64,000 nucleotides of DNA, from NCBI GenBank assembly GCA_040255525.1, contig JBDZVD010000024.1, positions 1,722-65,721 on the forward strand, written 5' to 3'. The notes beneath the pieces are model-generated. The model was given only the letters and a program-made list of their open reading frames with translations. It ran no database searches and was not told the DNA's origin. The position numbers and the translations under genes are program-made. This document shows, piece after piece, positions 1 to 9,436 of this stretch (its first letter is position 1; every line of letters begins with the position of its first letter). Source of the DNA: Micromonosporaceae bacterium (GTDB lineage Bacteria > Actinomycetota > Actinomycetes > Mycobacteriales > Micromonosporaceae).

Positions 1-1
1 G

Positions 2-535
2 CACTACAACCCGATCGCCACCCGGCTGGCCGGGCTGGGCAAGCCGGTCGTCGCCGCCGTTCGCGGAAGCGCGGCCGGGGCCGGCGCCTCGCTCGCGTTG
101 CTGGCCGACTTCCGGATCGGCGGCCCGAAGACCAGTTTTCTGATGGCGTTCGCCAACGTCGGCCTCGCGGCCGACACCGGCGCCTCCTGGACGCTGCCCC
201 GGCTGGTCGGGCTCGCGAAGGCGACCGAACTGCTGATGCTCGCCCAACCGGTGCGCGCCGACGACGCGAACCGTCTCGGCCTGCTCACCACGCTGGTCGA
301 CGACGACGATGAGGTGCTGCCCGCGGCCCGGGCCCTCGCCGCCCGGCTCGCCGAAGGGCCCACCATGGCGTACGGCGCCATCAAACGCGAGCTGGCGGTC
401 GGCAGCACCGGCAGCCTCGCCACCGCGCTGGCCGCGGAGTACGAGGCTCAGGCACTGACCGGGGCCTCGGCGGACCACCGGGCCGCGACCGCGGCGTTCG
501 TCGCGAAGCAGAGGCCGGAGTTCACCGGCCGCTGA
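2..535 (+). CDS. enoyl-CoA hydratase/isomerase (crotonase) family protein, 5' end cut by the window edge
   Basis: Frame is open from base 2 (HYNPIATRLAGLGKPVVAAVRGSAAGAGASLALLADF...). It has a crotonase-type Gly/Ala-rich loop and a typical C-terminal helix region (...TAAFVAKQRPEFTGR). GC3 is high. Confidence 0.8.
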   Translation, partial: HYNPIATRLAGLGKPVVAAVRGSAAGAGASLALLADFRIGGPKTSFLMAFANVGLAADTGASWTLPRLVGLAKATELLMLAQPVRADDANRLGLLTTLVDDDDEVLPAARALAARLAEGPTMAYGAIKRELAVGSTGSLATALAAEYEAQALTGASADHRAATAAFVAKQRPEFTGR

Positions 536-591
536 GTGACCGCCACCGGCGATCTCCCACCCACGCCCCATGGCCCGCCGGCCGGCGAGCG

Positions 592-795
592 TCAGTCGTC
601 CTCTTCCGGGTCGAGGTTGGTCGGTTCACCCATCAGGTATGCCTGCATGGCGAGTTCGTCACCGGCCGGCGAGACGTAGACCGGCAACTCGGCACGGCCC
701 AACTGCTCCACATAGGACCAGAACCGCTCCACCGCCTCGGCTGGCGAGGCGGCCTCGATCGGCAGGTCGAGGCTGATCAACCAGCGCTCCGTCAT
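592..795 (-). CDS. small acidic hypothetical protein (67 aa)
   Basis: Compact ORF with high GC3 and a non-junk composition (MTERWLISLDLPIEAASPAEAVERFWSYVEQLGRAELPVYV...). No family recognised. Confidence 0.5.
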   Translation of the reverse strand: MTERWLISLDLPIEAASPAEAVERFWSYVEQLGRAELPVYVSPAGDELAMQAYLMGEPTNLDPEEDD

Positions 796-947
796 GGCCC
801 CTCAACCACCCCGTCGTGGACTCGGCCGCCGCGCCAGGGCCGAAGCGCCCGGCACGCCGGCACAGCACGGCGCCGCCACTGCCGGTCGCCTTCGACACGG
901 CCGCCGGCCGCCGCCTGTCGCGCACAGCCGCCAGCGGCCGCCCCGGG

Positions 948-1553
948 TCACCGGCCACTCCCGCGGGCCGGCTTGCGCGGGCGCTGCTTGACGGCCACGA
1001 AGCACTCGGTCAGGTGGTCGTCGACCATGCCGGTCGCCTGCATCAGCGCGTAGGCGGTGGTCGGCCCGACGAACCGGAAGCCCCGCTTGCGCAGGTCCTT
1101 CGCCATCGCCGTGGACTCCGGCGTCGATGCCGGGACATCCGCGAACGACCGTGGCCGGGGCCGGCCCGGCCCGGGGGCGTAAGACCAGAGAAAGGCGGCG
1201 AGGCCGTCGGGCAGGTCGAGCGCGGCCCTGGCGTTGGCGATCGCCGCGTTGATCTTCGATCGGTTACGCACGATGCCCGCGTCAGCCATCAACCGCTCAA
1301 CATCGGCCTCGCCGTAGGCCGCGACCTTCGCCATGGCGAAATCGTCGAAGGCGGCCCGGAACGCCGGCCGCTTGCGCAGGATCGTCAGCCAGGACAGGCC
1401 GGACTGGAAGCCCTCCAGGGTCAACCGCTCGTAGAGCGCGTCGTCGTCCCGCACCGGCTGGCCCCACTCCACGTCGTGGTAGGCCAGGTAGTCGGCCGTG
1501 CTGCCGGCCCATCCACAGCGCGCGAGCCCGTCCGCCCCGATCAACAGATCCAC
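948..1553 (-). CDS. tag: DNA-3-methyladenine glycosylase I
   Basis: Tag signature stretches: CGWAGSTADYLAYHDVEWGQPVRDD, LTLEGFQSGLSWLTILRKR, GIVRNRSKI, VGPTTAYALMQATGMVDDH. Confidence 0.9.
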   Translation of the reverse strand: MDLLIGADGLARCGWAGSTADYLAYHDVEWGQPVRDDDALYERLTLEGFQSGLSWLTILRKRPAFRAAFDDFAMAKVAAYGEADVERLMADAGIVRNRSKINAAIANARAALDLPDGLAAFLWSYAPGPGRPRPRSFADVPASTPESTAMAKDLRKRGFRFVGPTTAYALMQATGMVDDHLTECFVAVKQRPRKPARGSGR

Positions 1554-1582
1554 GCGGTCAGCCTAATCAAGGAGTCCGACAG

Positions 1583-2068
1583 TTACGGCAGGGTACCGGC
1601 CTCGACCAGCCGGGCGAAGCGGCGCAACATCTGGGTCAGGCCGACCTTGGAGCCGGGCCACAACACGGCCCCGGCGAACCGCCCGGCCGGCCCCGCCGGC
1701 AGTTGGAACCACTCGTGCCACACGACCTGCGTGCGCCCGCCGCCCATCGCGGTACAGCGCATCACGCCCGGCCCGCGCAGCAGCCGGCCGGTGTGGACGA
1801 CGCGCACCTCGTACGGCGGGTCCAGCTTCGCGACCTTCATCTCGTCCCGCAGTACGGCGGGTCCGACCATGGTCACCGCCTCGATCGTGCTTCCCTCGCC
1901 ACCGTCGCCGTCGGTGATCCGTACCCGGGTGAACGGGATCCAGTCGCCCTGCCGCTCCCACGCGGTGAACGCGGCGTAGACCCGCTCGGCCGGGGCGTTC
2001 ACGATGACAGTCGCGGTGACTTCGCCAGCGCCCGGCGTGGACGGGGGCGTCGATCTTGAGCGGGTCAC
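1583..2068 (-). CDS. SRPBCC (polyketide cyclase/dehydrase-like) family protein
   Basis: Typical SRPBCC N-terminus (VIVNAPAERVYAAFTAWERQGDWIPF) and length. Its start overlaps the stop of the upstream DivIVA-domain gene by 4 nt. Confidence 0.7.
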   Translation of the reverse strand: MTRSRSTPPSTPGAGEVTATVIVNAPAERVYAAFTAWERQGDWIPFTRVRITDGDGGEGSTIEAVTMVGPAVLRDEMKVAKLDPPYEVRVVHTGRLLRGPGVMRCTAMGGGRTQVVWHEWFQLPAGPAGRFAGAVLWPGSKVGLTQMLRRFARLVEAGTLP

Positions 2069-2703
2069 TTGGCCGGCTCGGCAGCCGGGTCGCTCATCGT
2101 GCCCGAACCGATCTGCCAGCCACGCCCGTCCTGGTCGCCGTCGCCGCCGTCCTGCGGATCCGCGGCCGAACCGGAACCGGTCGACTGCGCTGGCTCCTTC
2201 GCCGGTCCGGAATTCGCCGGCCGGTCCGGTCCGGCCGCGGCCAAGCTCCGCTCAATCGCCGCCTCACCGGTGAGGTCGTCGTCGGTCGCCCGGGCGGGCC
2301 GGGCCGCCGTCTCGCGCGCGTCCCGCAACGAGTCCGCCTCTTCGAGGCGCCCCGCCCGGAGGGCCTCGACCTCGGCCTCCAGGACCCCGATCAGCTCTTC
2401 CTTGTACCCGAGGTCGTACGCGGCCCGGCGGAGCGCCTGATCGACCTGCGTCATTCGATAGCCACGCATTGTCACATCGAAGCGAACCTTTCCGAGATCG
2501 GCTTCGGTCAGCGGCCGCGAACCCGGCAGCGGCATCGACTTCCCATCCGGCTCGGTCGGCTCCAACCCCTGGTCACCCCCCATGATCAACACAGTGATGC
2601 CGAAGACGAGCGCGGCGGCGACGAGTGCCACGGCGAGCACGATGAAGAGCTGGCTCATGCCCACGATCGTGGCACGCTTGCCGGGTACGGGCGACCCCGC
2701 CAC
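2065..2703 (-). CDS. DivIVA-domain membrane protein
   Basis: N-terminal TM helix (LFIVLAVALVAAALVFGITVLIM) followed by a DivIVA-type segment (VRFDVTMRGYRMTQVDQALRRAAYDLGYKEELI) and an acidic disordered tail. An alternative ATG start lies at 2658. Confidence 0.7.
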   Translation of the reverse strand: MAGSPVPGKRATIVGMSQLFIVLAVALVAAALVFGITVLIMGGDQGLEPTEPDGKSMPLPGSRPLTEADLGKVRFDVTMRGYRMTQVDQALRRAAYDLGYKEELIGVLEAEVEALRAGRLEEADSLRDARETAARPARATDDDLTGEAAIERSLAAAGPDRPANSGPAKEPAQSTGSGSAADPQDGGDGDQDGRGWQIGSGTMSDPAAEPAK

Positions 2704-2917
2704 CCGGACGAGAAGATAGATGAGCGGACACGCCGAACGAAGCGGCAGGCCCGAGCCGGTGCGGACGTGCGCCGGCCCGGATCAGGTCCGAAGATCCCCA
2801 TCTCGGCGCCCGCGTCGGCTGCGTACGAGCCGAGGCAACCCGCCGACGAGTCACGATCCGGAACACCGGTACGGCGACCGCAGATCCTGGTATCGCTGAC
2901 CGTGGACGCGCCCGGCG

Positions 2918-2980
2918 CAGAGGCCGCCGACCCCGGGACAGAGGCCGCCGACCCCGGGACGGACGGCGGCGACCCCGCGG
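2918..2980. repeat. 21-bp tandem repeat: two perfect units plus one degenerate unit
   Basis: CAGAGGCCGCCGACCCCGGGA at 2918-2938 and 2939-2959, then a unit matching 15 of 21 positions at 2960-2980. Read directly from the sequence. Confidence 0.9.
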
Positions 2981-3247
2981 CACGGGCCGGGGCGCGGCCC
3001 GACAGCACCAATGTCACCGATCGCGATGATGCCGTTACTTCGCCAAAAGTCCGGAACCAACCAGCTGAATCGGGTTCGGCATAGCGAGAGGTGTCAGTGT
3101 GACCAAACGCCCTGGCATTCGTCGGACCCGGGACAGAACCTCGGCCGAACCCCGACGTAGGCTCAAGGTGATTAACTTCAGCGGGCCGCGCTACAACGGT
3201 GTCGCACACCCGCACCCGTATGGCCCGCCGCGAGGAGGTCCCTTCCC

Positions 3248-5092
3248 GTGACCAAGCAGGTCCGTCAACTGGATCGGGTGGTCATCCGGTTCGCCGGCGA
3301 TTCCGGCGACGGTATGCAACTCACCGGAGACAGGTTCACGTCCGAGACTGCCCAGTTGGGCAACGACATCTCGACGTTACCCAACTTCCCCGCGGAGATC
3401 CGGGCTCCAGCCGGCACCCTGCCCGGGGTGTCCAGCTTCCAGGTGCACTTCGCCGACTTCGACATCCTCACCCCCGGCGACGCGCCGAACGTGCTGGTGG
3501 CGATGAACCCGGCCGCGCTGAAGGCCAACCTGCGCGACCTGCCGGGTGGCGCGGACATCATCGTCAACACCGACGAGTTCACCAACCGTAATCTCACCAA
3601 GGTCGGCTACACGGCCAACCCGCTTGAGGACGGCTCTCTCGACGGCTACGCCGTGCACCCGGTCGGCCTGACCAGCATGACCGTTCGCGCGCTGGCCGAC
3701 CTCGACGTGTCCAAGAAGGACGCCGAGCGCGCCAAGAACATGTTCGCGCTCGGCCTGTTGTCCTGGATGTACTCCCGGCCGTACGAGTCGACGATCAGGT
3801 TCCTGGAGCGCAAGTTCGCCGCCCGGCCCGAACTGGTCGCGGCCAACATCGCCGCGTTCAAGGCCGGCTGGAACTTCGGTGAGACGACCGAGGATTTCGC
3901 CGTCCGCTACGAGGTCAAGCCGGCCAAGATGCCGCCCGGCAACTACCGCAACATCACCGGCAACGCGGCGCTCGCGCTGGGCGTCGTCGGCGCGCGGGTG
4001 CGGTCCGGCCGGCCGGTGGTGCTCGGTGCGTACCCGATCACGCCGGCCTCCGACGTCCTGCACGAGCTGTCCAAACACAAGCGCTTCGACGTGACCACGG
4101 TGCAGGCCGAGGACGAGATCGCGGCGATCGGTGTGGCGCTCGGCGCCTCGTACGGCGGCGCGCTCGGCATCACGTCGACCAGCGGCCCCGGCGTCGCCCT
4201 CAAGGGCGAAACCATCTCGCTCGCGGTCGCGCTCGAGCTGCCTCTGATCATCATCGACGTGCAGCGCGCCGGACCGTCGACCGGCATGCCGACCAAGACC
4301 GAACAGGCCGACCTGAACATGGCGCTGTTCGGCCGGCACGGCGAGGCCCCGGTCGCGGTCATCGCGCCGAAGTCGCCGTCCGACTGCTTCTACGCGGTAC
4401 TGGACGCCGCCCGGATCGCACTGACCTACCGGACGCCGGTGATCCTGCTCTCCGACGGGTACATCGCCAACGGTTCCGAGCCGTGGCTGCTGCCCGAGAT
4501 CGCCGACCTGCCCGACCTGTCGGTGGAGTTCGCGACCGAGCCGAACGGACCGGCGGGCAAGTTCCTGCCGTACCTGCGCGACCCGAAGACCCTCGCCCGG
4601 CCGTGGGCGATCCCGGGCACGCCCGGCCTGGAGCACCGGATCGGCGGCCTGGAGAAGGCGGACAAGACCGGAGACATCTCGTACGATCCGGCCAACCACG
4701 ACCTGATGGTGCGCACGCGTGCCGCGCGGATCGAGGCCATCGAGGTACCCGACATCGAGGTCGAGGACCCGGACGGCCAGGCCCGCGTGCTGGTCCTCGG
4801 CTGGGGCTCCACGTACGGGCCGATCGGCGCCGCCTGCCGGGCGCTCCGGCAGCGTGGCTGCGCGATCGCCCAGGCACACCTGAGGCACCTGTCGCCGATG
4901 CCGCGCAATCTCGGCGAGGTGCTCAAGCGGTACGACAAGGTGGTCATCCCCGAGATGAACCTGGGCCAGCTGGCCCACGTGATCCGGGCCCGCTACCTAA
5001 TCGACGTGATCGGGTACAACCAGGTCCGCGGCCTGCCGTTCACGGCGGCCGAACTGGAGACGATGTTGGAAGAAGTCGTGAAGAATGTCTGA
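3248..5092 (+). CDS. korA: 2-oxoglutarate/2-oxoacid:ferredoxin oxidoreductase subunit alpha
   Basis: N-terminus VVIRFAGDSGDGMQLTGDRFTSETA...NFPAEIRAPAGTLPGVSSFQ is typical of KorA. GTG start with a GAGGAGG RBS. Overlaps korB by 8 nt. Confidence 0.9.
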   Translation: MTKQVRQLDRVVIRFAGDSGDGMQLTGDRFTSETAQLGNDISTLPNFPAEIRAPAGTLPGVSSFQVHFADFDILTPGDAPNVLVAMNPAALKANLRDLPGGADIIVNTDEFTNRNLTKVGYTANPLEDGSLDGYAVHPVGLTSMTVRALADLDVSKKDAERAKNMFALGLLSWMYSRPYESTIRFLERKFAARPELVAANIAAFKAGWNFGETTEDFAVRYEVKPAKMPPGNYRNITGNAALALGVVGARVRSGRPVVLGAYPITPASDVLHELSKHKRFDVTTVQAEDEIAAIGVALGASYGGALGITSTSGPGVALKGETISLAVALELPLIIIDVQRAGPSTGMPTKTEQADLNMALFGRHGEAPVAVIAPKSPSDCFYAVLDAARIALTYRTPVILLSDGYIANGSEPWLLPEIADLPDLSVEFATEPNGPAGKFLPYLRDPKTLARPWAIPGTPGLEHRIGGLEKADKTGDISYDPANHDLMVRTRAARIEAIEVPDIEVEDPDGQARVLVLGWGSTYGPIGAACRALRQRGCAIAQAHLRHLSPMPRNLGEVLKRYDKVVIPEMNLGQLAHVIRARYLIDVIGYNQVRGLPFTAAELETMLEEVVKNV

Positions 5093-6119
5093 TTCGGTTT
5101 CGATCAAGCTCACCGCGAAGGACTTCAAGTCCGACCAGGAAGTGCGTTGGTGCCCGGGCTGCGGTGACTACGCGATCCTGGCGGCCGTCCAGTCGTTCCT
5201 GCCCGAGCTAAGCATTCCGCGCGAGCGCATCGTCTTCATCTCCGGCATCGGCTGCTCGTCCCGGTTCCCGTACTACATGAACACGTACGGCATGCACTCG
5301 ATCCACGGCCGCGCCCCGGCGATCGCCACCGGGCTGTCGGTGTCCCGGCCCGATCTGTCGGTCTGGGTCATCACCGGCGACGGCGACGCGCTGTCCATCG
5401 GCGGCAACCACCTGATCCACGCGCTGCGGCGCAACGTCAACCTGAAGATCCTGCTGTTCAACAACAAGATCTACGGGCTCACCAAGGGTCAGTACTCGCC
5501 CACCTCCGAGGTCGGGAAGATCACGAAGTCGACTCCGCTCGGATCCGCGGACTCCCCGTTCAATCCGATCTCCCTCGCCCTCGGGGCCGAGGCGTCGTTC
5601 GTGGCCCGGACGGTCGACTCGGACCGCAAGCACCTCCAGTCGGTGCTGCGCGCCGCCTCGCAGCACCAGGGCTCGGCGTTCATCGAGATCTACCAGAACT
5701 GCAACATCTTCAACGATGGCGCGTTCGACGTGCTCAAGGAGCCGGCGACCCGGGACGACTTCCTCATCCGCCTGGAGCACGGCCAGCCGATCACGTTCGG
5801 TGCCGACGGCCAGTGGTGCGTCGTCCACCCGCCCGGCGGCTTCGGGCTGTCGGTCGAGCGGACCGCCGAGACCGACCCGGCGCACATCCTGGTACACGAC
5901 GCGACCGTGGCCGACCCGGCCTACGCGTTCGCGCTGTCCCGGCTGCCGGATCTGGACCTCAGGCACACGCCGATCGGGCTGTTCCGCTCGGTGGAGCGGC
6001 CGGCGTACGACGACCTGGTCCGCGCACAGGTCGCCACGGCGGCCAGCAAGCTCACCCGCGGGCTCGACGAGGAATTCGCCGCGCTGCTCGGTTCGGGCGA
6101 CACCTGGACGATCCTGTGA
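5085..6119 (+). CDS. korB: 2-oxoglutarate/2-oxoacid:ferredoxin oxidoreductase subunit beta (TPP-binding)
   Basis: Motifs WCPGCGDYAIL, GIGCSSRFPYY and TGDGDALSIGGNHLIHALRRN (TPP-binding GDG motif). Confidence 0.9.
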   Translation: MSDSVSIKLTAKDFKSDQEVRWCPGCGDYAILAAVQSFLPELSIPRERIVFISGIGCSSRFPYYMNTYGMHSIHGRAPAIATGLSVSRPDLSVWVITGDGDALSIGGNHLIHALRRNVNLKILLFNNKIYGLTKGQYSPTSEVGKITKSTPLGSADSPFNPISLALGAEASFVARTVDSDRKHLQSVLRAASQHQGSAFIEIYQNCNIFNDGAFDVLKEPATRDDFLIRLEHGQPITFGADGQWCVVHPPGGFGLSVERTAETDPAHILVHDATVADPAYAFALSRLPDLDLRHTPIGLFRSVERPAYDDLVRAQVATAASKLTRGLDEEFAALLGSGDTWTIL

Positions 6120-6125
6120 TCCTGG

Positions 6126-8855
6126 TCAGGACGCCCGCGAGTCCACGTCGCGGACCGGCAGCGGGGCCGGGCCGATGACCCGATCCTGGTCCGTGAAGCG
6201 CACCGAGCCTGCCTCCAGGTCGGGGTGCTTCACGGCCAGCGCCACCTTGGCCGCCTCGTCGAGGGTGAGCGCGGCACCCTCCGCGTACGCCTGATCGAAC
6301 GCCGCGTCGCCCAGCGCCGCACGCAACTTGGTCTGCTGCTGCGCCCAGTACGAGCCGTAGATCCTCGCCACGTCGGGCAGGAGGGCGCGGGCGGCCTGGG
6401 CGGCGCCATACAACCGCGCGGCCGTGATCTTGTCATCGCCCAGCGCGCAGCGCACCGCGAACCCGTTGATGGTCTCGACCGCGCACGAATGGAAGCCGTA
6501 CCCCATCCGCGACCGCAGGGCGACGGCGAGATGGTCGTGCGCGGCGACCAGGTCGCCACGGGCGAGCGCGACCATGCCCAGGATCATGTCCACGGTGCGC
6601 CGCCCGCGCTCGCTCGGCCGACCCGCTTCCACCGGACGCGCCGCGGCGAGCAGTTCGGCGGCCTCGTCGAGCGCGCCGCGCTCCCAGAGGATCTGGGCGA
6701 GGCAGTAGACGGCGGGCAGGGCGTCGCCGATCACGTCGTGCGCCCGCGCCCAGTCAATAAGTTCCCGGCAGCCCGCCTCGGCCCCGGCCCGGTCACCCAT
6801 GCTCAGCAACGGCGACCCCCGCCCGGACAGCGCCCGGGCCAGCAGGCCGTCGTCCCCAGCCTGCCGGGCGTACGCCTCGGCCCGGTGCGAGAACCGCAGC
6901 TCCTCGGCGTACTCGCCGTCGGCACCGGCGTGCAGCGCGTGCACGTGGTACGCCGCGGCCAACTCCGCTTCCGGGATCTCCTCACCGGTGACCGACATCC
7001 GCTCGTACAGCCGGAACAGCCACAACCGCCCCTCGCGGGCCAGGCCGCGCTCACGCCACCACTGGTCCAGCCCGCCGACGATACGCAGACCCTGCCGGGC
7101 ACTGCCCTGGGCGGCGGTCCACCGCAGCGCCGCCCGCAACTCGTCCGCCAGCGGGTCGATGGCGAACAGCGACCGCGTGACCGGCCGCCGGTCCGGGGAC
7201 TGGTGGGCCCACTCGATCGCGTGCAGGCACCAGGCCACGTGCCGGTCCCGGGCGGCCTGCGCCTCGCCCGCCTCGGCGAGCCGGCGCGCCGCGTACGCGC
7301 GGATCGCGTCGAGCATCCGGTACGTCGTGCCGGACGCGGTCGGTTGCGCCTGGACGAGCGACTTGTCCACCAGCACGGCGAGCGCGTCCAGCGGGTCCTC
7401 CCCCAGCAACCACTCGATGGCGGGCAGGTCCACCCGCCCGGCGAACACGGCCAGCCAACGCAGCAGCCGGGCGGCCCGGGGCCAGAGAGTGCGGTACGAC
7501 CAGGTGACCGTGGCCTGCAAGGTGGCGTGGCGCAGCGCAGCGCCGCCGGCCAGCGGCACCGTGTTCACCATGGACAGCCCCGCGTCCAGTGTGGACACGA
7601 CGTCGTCGAGCCGGTCGACGAGTTCCTTCGCGGTGAGTACCCGCAGCCGGGCGGCGGCCAGCTCCAGAGCCAGCGGCAACCCCTCCAACCGGTACGCGAC
7701 CCGGCACAGCTGCTCCAGCTCGGCGGCGGACGGCCGCTTGCCGCCCCGGGCCGCGGTGGCCCGGTCGACCAGCAGCGCCACGGCGTCGCCCGGGGCCCCG
7801 TCGGGCTCCGGCTCCAGCGACAGCGGTGGGATCCGCCACACCACCTCACCGGCCAGCCCGAGCGGCTCCCGGCTGGTGGCGAGCACCTGTACCTCCCGGC
7901 AGCCGGCCAGCAGCCGGCCGACCACCATCGCGGTCGCGCCCGGCTGGGCATCGCAGGTGTCCAGGACCATCAGGAACCTGCGGCTGCTGGCGTAGTCGGC
8001 GATGGTGTCCACGACCGCCCGGCCCGGCTCGGGGCGCAGGCCGAGGGTGGCCGCCACGGTCACCGCCACGAGCCCCGGGTCGGTGACCGACGCCAGATCG
8101 ACGAACCAGACACCGTCCGGGTACGCGTCCACCCGGGTGGAGGCGACCTCGACGGCCAGCCGGGTCTTGCCCGCGCCGCCCGGCCCCACGACGCTGACCA
8201 GCCGGTGCTGCTCGACCAGCGCGGCCAGTTCGCTCTGTTCCGCCGCCCGGCCGACGAAATTGGTCACCGTACCGGGCAGGTTGTGCGGCGTCGTGTCGAG
8301 CGTGCGCGGCCGCGGGAACTGCCGGTGCAACCCGGTGGAGATCAGCTGGAAGAGGCGTTCCCGGTCGTCGAAGCCGCGGAGCCGGTGTAGCCCGAGGTCG
8401 AGCAGCCAGGTGTCGTCGTCCAGTTGGCCTGCGTGCCGTGCCGTGGACGCCGAGCAGAGCACCTGGCCGCCATGCGCGGCGGCCGCGATCCGGGCCGCCC
8501 GGTGCACCTCCGGGCTGGTGTACTCGTTGCCCAACGGCTGCGCGTACCCGGTGTGCAGGCCCATCCTGACCTGGGGCCGGGCCTCGGGCGTCGGCCAGTC
8601 GTGAACGGCCAGGGCGCGCTGCGCCTCGGCGCACGCGTGCAGGGCGGCGCCGGCGTCCGAGAACGCGACGAAGAGCGAATCGCCCTCGGTGAACAGCGGG
8701 GTTCCGCAGCACCCGGTCAGGGTGGTGCTGAGCAGCCGCCGGTGCTCGTTCAGGACCGGCGGGTACCCGGCACCGAGCATCTGGGCCAACCGGGTCGACC
8801 CCTCGATGTCGGTGAATAGGAATGTCACCAGGCCGCTTGGCAGGTGAACCGACAC
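6126..8855 (-). CDS. class III adenylate/guanylate cyclase domain - STAND P-loop NTPase - TPR-like repeat protein
   Basis: Cyclase core (LVTFLFTDIEGSTRLAQ...GDSLFVAF...RMGLHTG), Walker A (VVGPGGAGKTRLA), Walker B-like (FLMVLDTCD) and a long helical-repeat C-terminus. The GTG at 8855 has a GGAGG RBS 7 nt upstream. The ORF-track start at 8918 is the alternative. Confidence 0.8.
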   Translation of the reverse strand: MSVHLPSGLVTFLFTDIEGSTRLAQMLGAGYPPVLNEHRRLLSTTLTGCCGTPLFTEGDSLFVAFSDAGAALHACAEAQRALAVHDWPTPEARPQVRMGLHTGYAQPLGNEYTSPEVHRAARIAAAAHGGQVLCSASTARHAGQLDDDTWLLDLGLHRLRGFDDRERLFQLISTGLHRQFPRPRTLDTTPHNLPGTVTNFVGRAAEQSELAALVEQHRLVSVVGPGGAGKTRLAVEVASTRVDAYPDGVWFVDLASVTDPGLVAVTVAATLGLRPEPGRAVVDTIADYASSRRFLMVLDTCDAQPGATAMVVGRLLAGCREVQVLATSREPLGLAGEVVWRIPPLSLEPEPDGAPGDAVALLVDRATAARGGKRPSAAELEQLCRVAYRLEGLPLALELAAARLRVLTAKELVDRLDDVVSTLDAGLSMVNTVPLAGGAALRHATLQATVTWSYRTLWPRAARLLRWLAVFAGRVDLPAIEWLLGEDPLDALAVLVDKSLVQAQPTASGTTYRMLDAIRAYAARRLAEAGEAQAARDRHVAWCLHAIEWAHQSPDRRPVTRSLFAIDPLADELRAALRWTAAQGSARQGLRIVGGLDQWWRERGLAREGRLWLFRLYERMSVTGEEIPEAELAAAYHVHALHAGADGEYAEELRFSHRAEAYARQAGDDGLLARALSGRGSPLLSMGDRAGAEAGCRELIDWARAHDVIGDALPAVYCLAQILWERGALDEAAELLAAARPVEAGRPSERGRRTVDMILGMVALARGDLVAAHDHLAVALRSRMGYGFHSCAVETINGFAVRCALGDDKITAARLYGAAQAARALLPDVARIYGSYWAQQQTKLRAALGDAAFDQAYAEGAALTLDEAAKVALAVKHPDLEAGSVRFTDQDRVIGPAPLPVRDVDSRAS

Positions 8856-9172
8856 GCGTGAACCTCCGCCCCCTGGAAGTCGTGCCTCATGCTGACGCAC
8901 CCTCCGAAGTGGCCGCATCGGAGAAACGGTCCGGCACGGATCAGCCCAAGGACGAGCCCCGGAAGCAGATCATGGCACGGTGGAGTCAACGAGCGGGGAA
9001 GCACGGGGGTGCTACGGCTGACGTAACGACGACCACCAGGCCGAGTTGCGGCCCGCAAGGCCATTGTGAACTCGACCGACCGGTCGAGCGTCTTATCGTC
9101 CGGCCGTGCCGGCGGGCGGCGGTGCGCCACCACCGGCTCGCATGCCCCACGGATCGCGCGTGGCGGTCCAAC

Positions 9173-9382
9173 CTAGCACCCGCACGCGCCTCCACAGCAT
9201 CCACCCGAGGAGGCGGCCGGGCCGGTTGAGGAGGCACGACCGGCCACCGAGACCGTGGACAACAACTTGACGGTGTCGTCGTGCCCGTCCGGACAACGCG
9301 CGGGCGAGGCCGACTGGTCCATCGGCCGGTTCAGCTCGAACGTGTCGCCGCAGGCACGGCAGCGGTACTCGTAACGCGGCAT
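9173..9382 (-). CDS. FmdB-family zinc-ribbon protein
   Basis: MPRYEYRCRACGDTFE...CPDGH (CxxC...C zinc ribbon) with a Gly/Cys-rich C-terminus (GGCCGGACGC), characteristic of the FmdB/CxxC_CxxC_SSSS family. Confidence 0.8.
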   Translation of the reverse strand: MPRYEYRCRACGDTFELNRPMDQSASPARCPDGHDDTVKLLSTVSVAGRASSTGPAASSGGCCGGACGC

Positions 9383-9436
9383 GAAGATAGATTACGACGG
9401 CTGCACCGACACCGGAACGGGTGTAATACTCGCCTT

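Noticed and set aside
3377-4978. 533-aa minus-strand ORF antisense to korA.
   Set aside because: It has the Arg/Gly/Pro/Ala-rich, low-complexity composition typical of out-of-frame translation of high-GC DNA. It is fully contained within the well-supported korA gene.
6225-8390. 721-aa plus-strand ORF antisense to the cyclase-STAND gene.
   Set aside because: Same artefact: junk composition (RPQ/GGP runs) and no motifs. The opposite strand carries clear cyclase and Walker motifs.
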